Shown here: piece by piece, positions 47,499 to 57,715 of the stretch | How positions within the stretch are numbered: the first letter of the stretch is position 1 | How the letters are laid out: each line of letters opens with the position of its first letter | Assembly: GCA_024704765.1 (NCBI GenBank) | Contig: JAKMXF010000055.1 | Coordinates: forward strand, 132,353 to 196,352 | DNA length: 64,000 bases | Direction of reading: 5' to 3' | From: Oopsacas minuta | Taxonomy: Eukaryota > Animalia > Porifera | Notes under the pieces: generated by a model | The model's database searches: none | The model's input: only the letters and a program-made list of their open reading frames with translations | What the model was told of the DNA's origin: nothing | Made by a program: the position numbers and the translations under genes

Positions 47499-50329
47499 AT
47501 TTCGGAAACTAACTTCATGATAAAACCTTTTGGAGCTTTACAAAAACACAATGATAAATTACTTTTGCCATTGTACAGAGTAAGAGACTCATTCACACAT
47601 GGAATATTTGCAAGTTGAGCACCAAAGTCAATCAGTATTTCAACTGATTTTAGATGATCATGTACTATAGCATAATGAAGTGGAGGTAAACCTTCTTTAT
47701 CAACTGCATAGAGATAAGAATGTTTTTCTTGAGGATTTTCGTTGATTTTATCTAAGATAAGTTTTAGAATATTTTCCTTTTTAGAAACAGCAATATGTAG
47801 AGGAGTGTGACCACAATTATTCTTCAAATTCAGTAATGGATTAAGAACTAACAATTTGGTAATTGAGTCCTCTCTACTATCTATAATGGCAAGATCTAAA
47901 GCAGTGTTTCCATCTATATCTGCTAAATTGAGAACATGAAGAGGATCAATCATCCCTTTAGGATATGTATTTTTGATGTATTCTAAAACATTATCGATAA
48001 TTACTGGAATATTTCGAGAGATGGCTTTGTGTAGGACAGATGTCTTATCACTATCACATTGCTTTAGATCAGGTGAACAAGCAAACAATTCCTTAGTAGC
48101 ATTTACTTTTGAACTTTGAATAGCTAAGTGTAGGGGTGTATTATTATTCGAGGTATCTTGAATCAGTATTAACTTACGTTCAGGGTCAGGATTTCTTTCT
48201 TCATGATTGATAAGGAACTTTATGGTATTGATACTTTGATCTTCATTTGGAATTAAAACTGCGTGGTGTAACACAGTTCTACCATAATGATCGTGGGCAT
48301 ATAACTCAGCTTTTCCATGTAACAATTCTGCAGCAATCACTAAATTCGAGTGAATAATCGCAAGATGAAGTGAAGTCATTTTTTCCTTATTCACACTATT
48401 GATAAATGAAGGGTAATCTCCTTGTATTGATCTAGCATATTCAATGAGGATTTTGACTATCGAAATGTAGTTTAACTTGGCGGCTAAATGTAAAGGAGTA
48501 TTACCTTCTTTATCTTCACAAGTAATATTGGGTGAATATTTGAGAAGACTCTCAACAATATCTTTATTTCCATTCAGTGTGGCTAAATGTAATGGAGCGT
48601 TACAATCCATATTTTTTGAATTAATGAAGTTGGTGATATCAGTTTTTCGTTCTTGTGTAATGAAATATGAGCATAATTTTAAGATATATTCTGTGAGTTC
48701 ATCGTTATTAGATGCTAAGTGCAGTATGGTACTTCCTACTTTATCCACTTTGATTATGTTTATTAAAGAAAATGCTTCACAAAACTTTTGAAATATTTTG
48801 AAAGAAGTATATTGTAAAAAGTAAAATATCAGAGGAGAGTCATTAAATAATAAATCTTCAATTGTACATTGATTATTCAGAAGAGGATTGTTTCTTTGAT
48901 CTACTTTTAGTCTAAGTATCTCTTTCAATTGATCGCTGCAGTATTTTTGGATATAGTATGGGTAAAATTGGTTATTACCATCTGAGATATTTATTCTAGC
49001 TCCATGAGAAAGTAATATTTTGGTAGCTTTTAACTTTTGTTTTTCAATGCTCAGTAAAACAGGAGTTTGTAAATTCAACTTTGTGATCTTTGAATTTATG
49101 ATTCTATCATTCTTAGCACTAACCTTATCAGACTTAATAACAGCTCCCAATATAGTTTTGAATGTAACTGAATTAAAGTGTATTATCGAAGTATGTAAGC
49201 AGTTACAACCTGTAACATCTCGTGAGCTCAAGATTGTCAAATCTGAAGTATCAACTAAAAGCGTAACAGCCTCTTCGAAAGATTGTTTGACAGCAAGGTG
49301 TAGAGGATTAAAGCCATTCTTGTTCTTATCTGTGAAGGTCCATTTTTGGGAAGATAAACGTAGTACCAACCTGAGGAAGTTCATGTTTCTATATATGATA
49401 GCGCAGTGTGCCAAATTGTTACCATTCTCATCAAGACATCCTTTATCAAGTAAGAGTTGTATAGAGTGTTCATTTCCTGGAAATTCAACTATGGCGTTAA
49501 GGAGAGTCATGTTTTGTTGATTTTTAGAAAACAAAAGTTTGTTTAGTTCATTTAATGGAATTATCTCTATCAGTACATTAAGGTTTCGAAAATTTCCATT
49601 CGAAATACAAGTGTGGAGGGTATTCTCATCTGTAAGAAGACGCCAATTAGTAAAATATTTAACCAAATGTTTAAACAAAAGCTCTGATTTACAAATCTGA
49701 GCTGCGACATGTATCAAACTTCTACCATTTTGCTTAGGAAATTTGTCAGTTTTGCTAACCAACTTGTTTTTAGGATCAAAAATGTAATCCAATATTTGTG
49801 GACAATCCAAACTAAGAATATCAGCAAAATTATCTCGTATATCTTCCGGTAAAGATGGAACCAACTTTTTTGTCTCGATAACTTTAAGTTCATTTGGCTT
49901 GGCAAGTAATGCATATAGAGAATATTGATCAAACAACTTAGTTTGATAAATATCAATTGATATTACTAAACTATTATTGTCTGGTGAAGTGTCTTCCTTA
50001 ACTCTTGATATTTTAAATTCTTCCATAATTGGTTTTAGCATTGTGTCAGTCTCGTTATGAATCAGAACACGTACACCCGCTTTAAAAAGATATTCAAAGG
50101 TAAATCTTTTTAAATCATATGGAGAATTTTTCAAATGTAATGAAGAATCTTTCATAACGGATATAATTAACAAAGCCAACGGAGTCAGGTCTTCTTTGTT
50201 TAACTTGTTAATTAAATTAGGATTGTACAAATTCATTCGTTGAATAAGCTCACTTATGAAATTCTCGCTTTGAGGATGAATACAAGCTTGATGAAGGTAT
50301 GTATTGCCATTACAATCTACATACCCCAA
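47495..50329 (-). CDS. Giant ankyrin-repeat protein, middle ORF (944 aa)
   Basis: GNTYLHQAC, FNPLHLAV, APLHLATLNG, GNTPLHLAA and GLPPLHYAI motifs. Confidence 0.8.
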   Translation of the reverse strand: MGYVDCNGNTYLHQACIHPQSENFISELIQRMNLYNPNLINKLNKEDLTPLALLIISVMKDSSLHLKNSPYDLKRFTFEYLFKAGVRVLIHNETDTMLKPIMEEFKISRVKEDTSPDNNSLVISIDIYQTKLFDQYSLYALLAKPNELKVIETKKLVPSLPEDIRDNFADILSLDCPQILDYIFDPKNKLVSKTDKFPKQNGRSLIHVAAQICKSELLFKHLVKYFTNWRLLTDENTLHTCISNGNFRNLNVLIEIIPLNELNKLLFSKNQQNMTLLNAIVEFPGNEHSIQLLLDKGCLDENGNNLAHCAIIYRNMNFLRLVLRLSSQKWTFTDKNKNGFNPLHLAVKQSFEEAVTLLVDTSDLTILSSRDVTGCNCLHTSIIHFNSVTFKTILGAVIKSDKVSAKNDRIINSKITKLNLQTPVLLSIEKQKLKATKILLSHGARINISDGNNQFYPYYIQKYCSDQLKEILRLKVDQRNNPLLNNQCTIEDLLFNDSPLIFYFLQYTSFKIFQKFCEAFSLINIIKVDKVGSTILHLASNNDELTEYILKLCSYFITQERKTDITNFINSKNMDCNAPLHLATLNGNKDIVESLLKYSPNITCEDKEGNTPLHLAAKLNYISIVKILIEYARSIQGDYPSFINSVNKEKMTSLHLAIIHSNLVIAAELLHGKAELYAHDHYGRTVLHHAVLIPNEDQSINTIKFLINHEERNPDPERKLILIQDTSNNNTPLHLAIQSSKVNATKELFACSPDLKQCDSDKTSVLHKAISRNIPVIIDNVLEYIKNTYPKGMIDPLHVLNLADIDGNTALDLAIIDSREDSITKLLVLNPLLNLKNNCGHTPLHIAVSKKENILKLILDKINENPQEKHSYLYAVDKEGLPPLHYAIVHDHLKSVEILIDFGAQLANIPCVNESLTLYNGKSNLSLCFCKAPKGFIMKLVSEI

Positions 50330-50330
50330 T

Positions 50331-50975
50331 CTACATGTGATTACTATAAATTATCTTCATTAATACGGTAGGATTAGCAGATGAAGAGATAAGCTCATGG
50401 AAGAAGGCACTGATTGATTCAAATGGAGTGTTTGAGTGAGATTGCCAATCTCTTTGCAATAGTTGCTCGATTAAATATGTATCAGGGGTACTGAATGTAT
50501 TCTTTAAGTCTGGTTTGATGAGTTTTTTATTCTCAGGGATAGGTTCAGAATAGAATACATAATGCTTATCATTTTTATCTAGGGTTACTATTGCCTTCGG
50601 GTTGTCAAACTTGCAAATATAATAATTTCCTTTAGTTTGAAAAATTGAACACATACCATAAGATGTTGACACTATACCAGGATAGGAAAAGTAGAACACA
50701 TGACCTTGTTGAAGGATATATTCTGAAGTTAGATTATCTAAATATACAATCACCATTAAACAATAAATATTCACATATTATAAATCTTGAGTATCAACTT
50801 AGAAAAGATATAATTGGCTCAATAGGATATATTCTTATAAATAATGGAAAATCTATAATTACTATTAACTATAACTGACCTGTATATCTTGCATTTAGGA
50901 GTTTTAGCTGTTGTATGTTTCCAAATTGATTAATACGAGGATGAGAATAGTCTCTTACTTTGCCTACAGAGTACA
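50331..50975 (-). CDS. 5' exons of the giant ankyrin gene (~50880-50975 and ~50331-50722)
   Basis: GT-AG-bounded exon GKVRDYSHPRINQF..RYTG splices in frame to EYILQQGHVF. The frame then breaks at a duplicated ATGTAGATTG near 50330. Confidence 0.5.
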
Positions 50976-52880
50976 GACCAACAAAAAATATATGTTACAA
51001 TCAATAATTAACAGTAGATATATGTACGATACCTTGTGATTGATAATTAGGGTTACCAGTGACAGCTGGATTACTAAAAAATATTCAAAAATGATTAACA
51101 TAGATGAATAACACAAACTAATATACTTATGCTCCATACCTTTCTGCCATTATCTGTAGCTGTTATATAAATTGCTTTAGTTACAGTGAAAGTAATGTAA
51201 AGTCAATAATTACACATAATTATTAAGAAATTTAGGAATATAAATAGTGTATTCAGTCTGAATAATTTTATGTCTTTGTAATATCTTATATATATGATGC
51301 AATATTAGTTATCAATTTCTTTATGTTATTATCATATATTTCATTAGAATATTAGTAGACAGGATAGATATAGGATATCATGATACATTATATAGGCCAT
51401 TGTGCCGTTATGTTTGAATTAACAAAATGTTCATTCAATTCTCAGGGCTCTCAACCTGGAACTTTCCAAATCGTGTGATTTTTTACAAATCTCACTATTT
51501 TGAATTTGAATTCTTTGTAGACTCTTTTCTAGTATAATTAATTATATCCACACTTCTTTTATCATTTTACGCAATAAAGTTTAATTAATACGCCTCGAGG
51601 TATATTTTACGGGGAAATTGTTATTTTGTATGATCAATTTTAGGGCGGATCCAGTATTTGGCGAACGGAAGGGCGGGCGTGGCGACCCGATTTTTCGCGG
51701 TGATCAGGCTCAATCGGTATATAAATACATTACTCAACGTATTGCCGTATAAGTGCCACAAATATGTTACTTAATGGCATCAAGCAAGCGCATTGAGCAG
51801 GATCTCAAACGAAAAGTGGATCTATTTCAGACTTCTTCCGGTCAATCGCATCAACACAATGGCAGAATGGATTAATATTGGAAATGTCCAAGCATCCTCC
51901 ATACGAAAAACAGACTATTTGATGGGAAATCAAAGAGAAGACAAAAAGCGTCATTATGGATACTCAATCTTAGGTCCACATGGATAGTGAATTAAAGTTA
52001 ATGACAATTAGAAGGAGAATTACTAGAAATTGAAACTCACGAAGATCTCTCTCACGAAGATCAACTAATTGAGCACCCAAAACCGAAATATTCTCAGCGA
52101 TGCCTTAACCTGGATCGCGAATCTCAATGTATTCTTGAAAGACAAGTCAAAAACTGATGACCTAACTATAATATCTTCTATTGAATATAGAGTTAACGAA
52201 AAGGCCATTCCCACACGTTTACCAGACAGCACAATCAAATTCGATGCATATTACTAATGATTGTCAATGTATTGGTGAATATTGGCAAAATTGTGTTTAC
52301 CATGGTCACTACTGTACTCTGGAACCTGTTAACATTTATATCGCAAAATTTTGATATTGTAAGAATACATCCTGAGATCGCATGGTCAAAATTTTACAAA
52401 ATTATAGACTAATCATGTCTTTACAGATCTTCCATTGGGGCATTTATGGTGATAAATTGACTAAAAGGCTTAGCATATATAGAATTATATGGATGAGTGA
52501 ACCGGTCAATAGACCCCCATGTACAACTTTACCTTCAATCATTGTACATATTGCAGATCTAACTTCACCTATTCCCCAAATTATAGCAATATACCGCAAT
52601 TATGCCACTAAGTGCAATACACTCCCATATACAATTTCTCATAGCCTATTCATTGAACATATTGCCTGTACCATGGATTACTTCAAATCCATTTACTTGT
52701 AGTAGGCAATATTAATATTATCGAATTGATACATTTTGGCTCAAATATATTCATACGAGCCTTTGACTCGTCGCGTTGCGCCTCGAGGTATCAATTATTC
52801 TGCAAATTGACGGCTATTTGAGTATTGTATTATAGATATATTTAAAACAATGTAATTCACAAATATACGTTGATGGCATA

Positions 52881-54224
52881 CAGGGTGTAACAAAAGTATT
52901 GTCGTTTTTTATAATGAATCCAAAGTAAGCTAAAATACAACAATTAGTACATTATTACTTCTCAATATAGTCTCCTTGTCTTTCTAATACGAGTGCTACT
53001 CGCCTGGGCATACTGGAGACCATATTTTGCAAAACATCACCTGAAATCCCACTCCATGCCTTTTTCAAATTTTTGACGAGGTTATTCACAGTGCTTGCTT
53101 GCTCAAACTCTTCCACTTTGTCTTTCAGTATTGACCATAAGTTTTCAATGGGATTGAGGTCAGGTGAGTTCCCAGGCCACTCCGCTTTCTGCCAAAACGC
53201 TGGAAGATTCTGTTTGCACCGTTCTTGCGTTAGCTTGGCCGTATGAGCGGGAGCCCCGTCTTGCATAAAAATTATCTCGGACATCTTTGAAGTCATGGCC
53301 CGCTGTAAAACCGATCCATTTTTTGTTCTTCTATTGATCGCATCTTTGCAAGATCCAGCTAAAATCTTTGTACGCTAGTACTCTCCATTAATAGTTTGCC
53401 CCTGAGGTATAACATACAGCTCGGATAGGGCTTGGTGGGACATCATGCCCCAAACATGGACTTTCGCCGAAAATTTTATCTTTGTGCAGCGATCGATTGA
53501 ACATAAATCCTTGCTCCAAACTCGATCATTCTGTCTGTTTGGGGTTGGAAACAATTCGAATGGAGATTCATCCGACCACAGAACTCTATTCCAATCTTCT
53601 ACAGTCCAATCCTTGTGTTTCTTCGCAAATTCGATCCGGTTTTCCTTCATTTTCAAGGTCAATCGAGGCCTTCTCGGCCTTTTAAATGGCGTAGCACCTA
53701 GAGACTTTCTCTAATATCGATGTACAGAGGTGTGAGAGATATCATAACCACTCCTCGTTAATCTCAGAGCTAGCTTTCGTGTAGATTGCCTTCTCTTCCC
53801 CAAAGACTTAGCGATGACAATTTTCGAAACTCTATCAATTTTGGGCGGACGTCCAGACTTAGACTTTGATTCCATTGAAAATCCCAATTTATCGTTACGC
53901 CCCCATCTCTGAACTGATCGAATATTGCTATTCAACACTTGAGCAACCTTTTTAGGCGTTTCTCCTGCTCAAGCATCCCCAATGCCTGAGATCTTAAAGA
54001 TAATCCGTAATCCTGGACATTGATATCACAACAATTTGGTAGAAATTCCAAAATGACGAAAATAATTCCAAGATATTTTCTTGTAAGATTTGACTTCACT
54101 CGAGTTTAACTAAATAGTATAAAAACATATTTACTGAGAGAAATCAATAGCAAGGGTTGTATATGAATGTGAAATTTGAATTTAAAGTATATTAATATGA
54201 CGACAATACTTTTGTTACACCCTG
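52881..54224 (-). mobile_element. Tc1/mariner element with DD37E transposase, 1344 bp
   Basis: Perfect 25-bp TIR CAGGGTGTAACAAAAGTATTGTCGT and TA TSDs (52879-52880, 54225-54226). Confidence 0.95.
52955..54020 (-). pseudogene. DD37E Tc1-like transposase, disrupted
   Basis: KSGRPPK, VLWSDES, VWGMMS and FMQDGAPAH..WPGNSPDLNPIENLW with 37 residues between D and E. Stop at 53375 and frameshifts. Confidence 0.85.
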
Positions 54225-54546
54225 TATATATTATTGAATTATTTTGTAAGATCAACTCCATTTGTAGCCATTGAAGGCAAGTAACTACGTAAATTTTGAG
54301 ATTTTGCTAATTTTATACTTTACATTCATAAAACAACAATAAATTTGCATATGATTAATCCAAAAGTGTGAAAATCGGATTAAGCATGTTCGATATATTT
54401 TGTGATGTTTATTGAATTCTATTTACTTCCTTGATAAACACAATAAATATATAGTTATGCGACAATTTCAAAATCGCATACCGTTAATCCTTTCCTTTAC
54501 AACGGACAAACAATCAAACAACAATTGAGATAGGTAATAATTCTCG

Positions 54547-54874
54547 ACACAAGTCACGTGGTCTAACTATTTCCAGTTCGAATTTACGTAATCTCTTTGG
54601 TTGAAACGGCAATATGTTGTTAAAAATCTCCCCATAGTAAAAGTTCTGATAAACGATCACTGGTACGTCTTTGATTTCAGGATTAATATCAAGTAATCTG
54701 GGATGTTTAAATTTACATATTATGTATAAATATCCTCAGATCACCTGAAATCAATAAAGTATTAGTTATCGTTCATCAGAGCATTAAAATGCCATTGTTA
54801 ACAACATATTGCCGTTTCAGCCAAACAGATGACGGCATTTCGAACTGGGAATAGTTGGTTCACATGACTTGTGT
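54547..54874. mobile_element. ~330-bp foldback/MITE, palindromic along nearly its whole length
   Basis: ACACAAGTCA..GAAACGGCAATATGTTGTTAA pairs with the right arm. Inner pairs are TTGATTTCAGG / CCTGAAATCAA and TCTGATAAACGAT / ATCGTTCATCAGA. Confidence 0.8.
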
Positions 54875-55517
54875 TTATTTTATGTATCAATAAAACATTA
54901 TTCGAGCCAAAATGTACCAATTAGATATTACTGAGAATATTTATATTGCCTACAAAAGCAAATAGATTTGAAGTTATCCATGGTTATAACTAGTGAAATA
55001 TCTGTAGTTACGATCTCTGCGGCGACAATTTCCTATCCAATAATAATACATTTTTAACCAAAATATTGAATCTATATTATTAATCCTCAATTGTTGTTTG
55101 TCTGTTGTCAAGGAAAGGATTTACGGTATGCAATTTTGAAATTGTCGCATAATTGTGTATTTATCGTGTTTATCAAGGAAAGTAAATAGAATTCAATAAA
55201 ACTTCACTAAATATATCGAACATGCTTAGCCCGATTTCCACATTTTTACATTAATCATGTGCAAATTTATTGTTGTTTTTATGAGTATAAAGTAAACAAA
55301 TTAGCAAAATCTCAAAATTTACGTAGATACTTGCCCTCAACGGCTACAAAGGGGGTTGATTTTACAAAATAATTCAATAATAAATATGCCATATATGTTA
55401 TTTGTGAATTACATTGTTCTAAATATATCTATATTATTACCTTACTGTAGGAAATTAACGCGAATGCTCCAATTCGCGTTAATTCCTGCGATTCATACTA
55501 TTTAGCAAATTTATACA

Positions 55518-56072
55518 ATGGATGGGCAAACTCCCAATTTACATGTTTTCCGATGCGTGACTGGTTTGAGAGGATACAATGTCAATCAAGTGGACTGGAA
55601 ACCTATTTTGGGACATGAGATTGTTTTCAAACAGGAGAATAATAATATTTATGATAATTTCGCAGTGGCTGGACAAACAAAATTATCTGGGAAGTTGTCT
55701 ATAACGACAGTTGGGCATATTCCAAGAGAGAGATCAGTCGCTATTTTTGGTACGCACTAAAAAATGGAGCTTGTATTTCGTGAATAATATCTTGTGTGAA
55801 GCCTAGAAGTTCTCCGCTATTGCAAGGTGGTCAGGAAATACTTATTTCTATTACAGTCCGATGGAGCAGAGCAGAAGCACTGACATCTTAAAGGAGAAGG
55901 TATTCGCTTGCGGATTTCTTGAAGATAATTACACGTTGATTCTACGAAATATATTTCGCAAGAAATACTTAATGAAAAGGATGATGACGAATACTCTTCG
56001 GAAAGTGAAACTCATTATCTAGAAGCTTCCTTTGAAAGTGACAATGACAGAGACTGCTGTTTCGTAGAATAG
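55518..56072 (+). pseudogene. HIRAN-like domain gene inside the pogo element
   Basis: GLRGYNVNQVDWKPILGHEIVFKQENNNIYDNFAVA..TVGHIPRE, then after a 2-nt AG slippage ISRYFWYALKNGACIS*IISCVKPRSSPLLQGGQEIL, followed by an acidic tail. Confidence 0.65.
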
Positions 56073-56244
56073 GCTACGTATCTTTGTTGTAGGACTACAA
56101 TAAATTGGTTTATTTATTAGGAATATATTCATTATTCATATTCATAAACATTTCTCCCGATCTCGATAATCCCAAATTTGTTGCCTCGTTCAAACAAGTT
56201 AGGATACCTAATCAAGTTTTTATAATAGTATACTACCAATTTGG

Positions 56245-57715
56245 ATGGCTGAAAAGTCGATCTTAGCCTATTTTTCGAAGGAAGAAACGATGATAATATA
56301 GGAGGTGATTCCTTCTGCTGAAGATAGCGGGATAACAAATGAACAGTATGGTCAAGTAATTGAGCAGCTCATCGTGCCAGGGGAAAAAAAGAAACGTTGC
56401 AGTTATACAGAAAAGACAAAATACGGATTACAATTTGTGCGAATCAAGTGGGTACAACAAATGCTATGCAGTAATACAAGAAATATTTCCCACATTTGAC
56501 AGAAAGTACCTTGCGAGGTTGGTTGTCGAAATTTCGTGCTGGATTGAAGAGAAAATTACCCACAGACTTATGCAAATTTCATCGAAAAGAGGGAGACCAT
56601 TGTTATTAGATGAACATTTAGATACGATGCTCAGAACCTTCATTACGAATCTTCGCATCGTTGGAGGGACTGTTGATCGACATTCCGTTCATGATGTGCT
56701 TATGGGTATCATCAAAAGCAACTTCGGGAGATATGGAGGTTACCTGGACTTTAAAATCACGAACGGCTGGATTCAATCTCTGTATGCTCGCATGAATATG
56801 TCCAAACGTATGGTGACAACATCTAGGCCTATAGTAGCGAGAGCCCTTTGGAATGAAGTGAGAGACCAATTTTTGAACGAAATTGTAACAGCAGTCGCTC
56901 TGCATTATATTCCCGATTAACTCATTATAAATGTAGATCAGACACCGTCAAAATTTGTGTCTACTGGCAATTTTACTATGGCGGGAACAAATTCCAAACA
57001 AGTAGCAAAGAAAGGCTCTAACGATAAGAGAGGCATGACGATAACCCTGGCTGAAACGCTAAGTGGTAAAATGTTACCATTTCAGCTAATTTATCATGGA
57101 GAAACAGTAAGATCTCTCCTCGCCGTTCCCTTTCCCGAAGGATTTCTTCTAAGTTATAATGAAAAGTATTGGAGCAATGAAAAGGATACGAGATCCCTAT
57201 TAATGAAAGTACTAAAACCATATGTCGATCGAACTAAGGAAGAACTTGGTCTTGGAAGAGATCATAAATTCTTATTAATCTGGGATGCGTTTAAAGCGCA
57301 AGGAACTGACGGTACATGCAAAACTCTAGAGGAATTAAATGCAATCACAGTCATGACTCCGAAAAACTTAACTCATTTACTCCAGTCCCTGGACCTCTCA
57401 AGAAATAGGTCTTTTAAGCATTTTGAGAAGAAGGCATTCAGTAATTACTTTACCGAAACGATTACTGCTGCCATGCTTCAGGAGCCTGATAGAGACATTA
57501 CTACCATCGATGTTGACTTCAAACTATCGACATTGAAGCCGGAGCATGTCAGATTGATGGGTGAACTTTTCACTTTCTTCAACTCGGAGAAAGGGATAGA
57601 AATTATCAAAGGTGGTTCGTCATATTCAGGGATTGCTTTAGCAATCACGAATTCCAGAAAGGGAGATATGGAGTTCCGAGATCTAGACCCTTATAAGGAC
57701 ATATTATTTGTTTAG
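56245..57715 (+). pseudogene. pogo DD35D transposase (CENP-B-type HTH plus DDE_1), disrupted
   Basis: MAEKSILAYFSK start, KRGRPLLL, NGWIQSLYARM, [stop]LIINVDQTP, PFQLIYHG, LLIWDAF..35 aa..LQSLDLS. Frameshifts and stops in the 5' part. Confidence 0.85.

Larger units (their letters stand above)
52756..54532 (-). mobile_element. Helitron-like repeat copy split by a Tc1 insertion
   Basis: 52756-52880 plus 54225-54532 rejoin into a continuous copy homologous to 55071-55439. Confidence 0.7.

Noticed and set aside
47490-47510. Programmed -1 ribosomal frameshift joining the ankyrin ORFs
   Set aside because: GAA ATT TGA does not fit the X XXY YYZ slippery pattern in the zero frame. A simple indel or sequencing error is more likely.
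51640-51700. GC-box-like GGGCGGGCGTGGC upstream of the ankyrin gene
   Set aside because: Its context resembles the GC-rich end of an hAT-type MITE, with no independent promoter evidence.
51780-52260. Short plus-strand ORFs with coiled-coil-like composition
   Set aside because: Fragmentary, with multiple stops and no family assignment.
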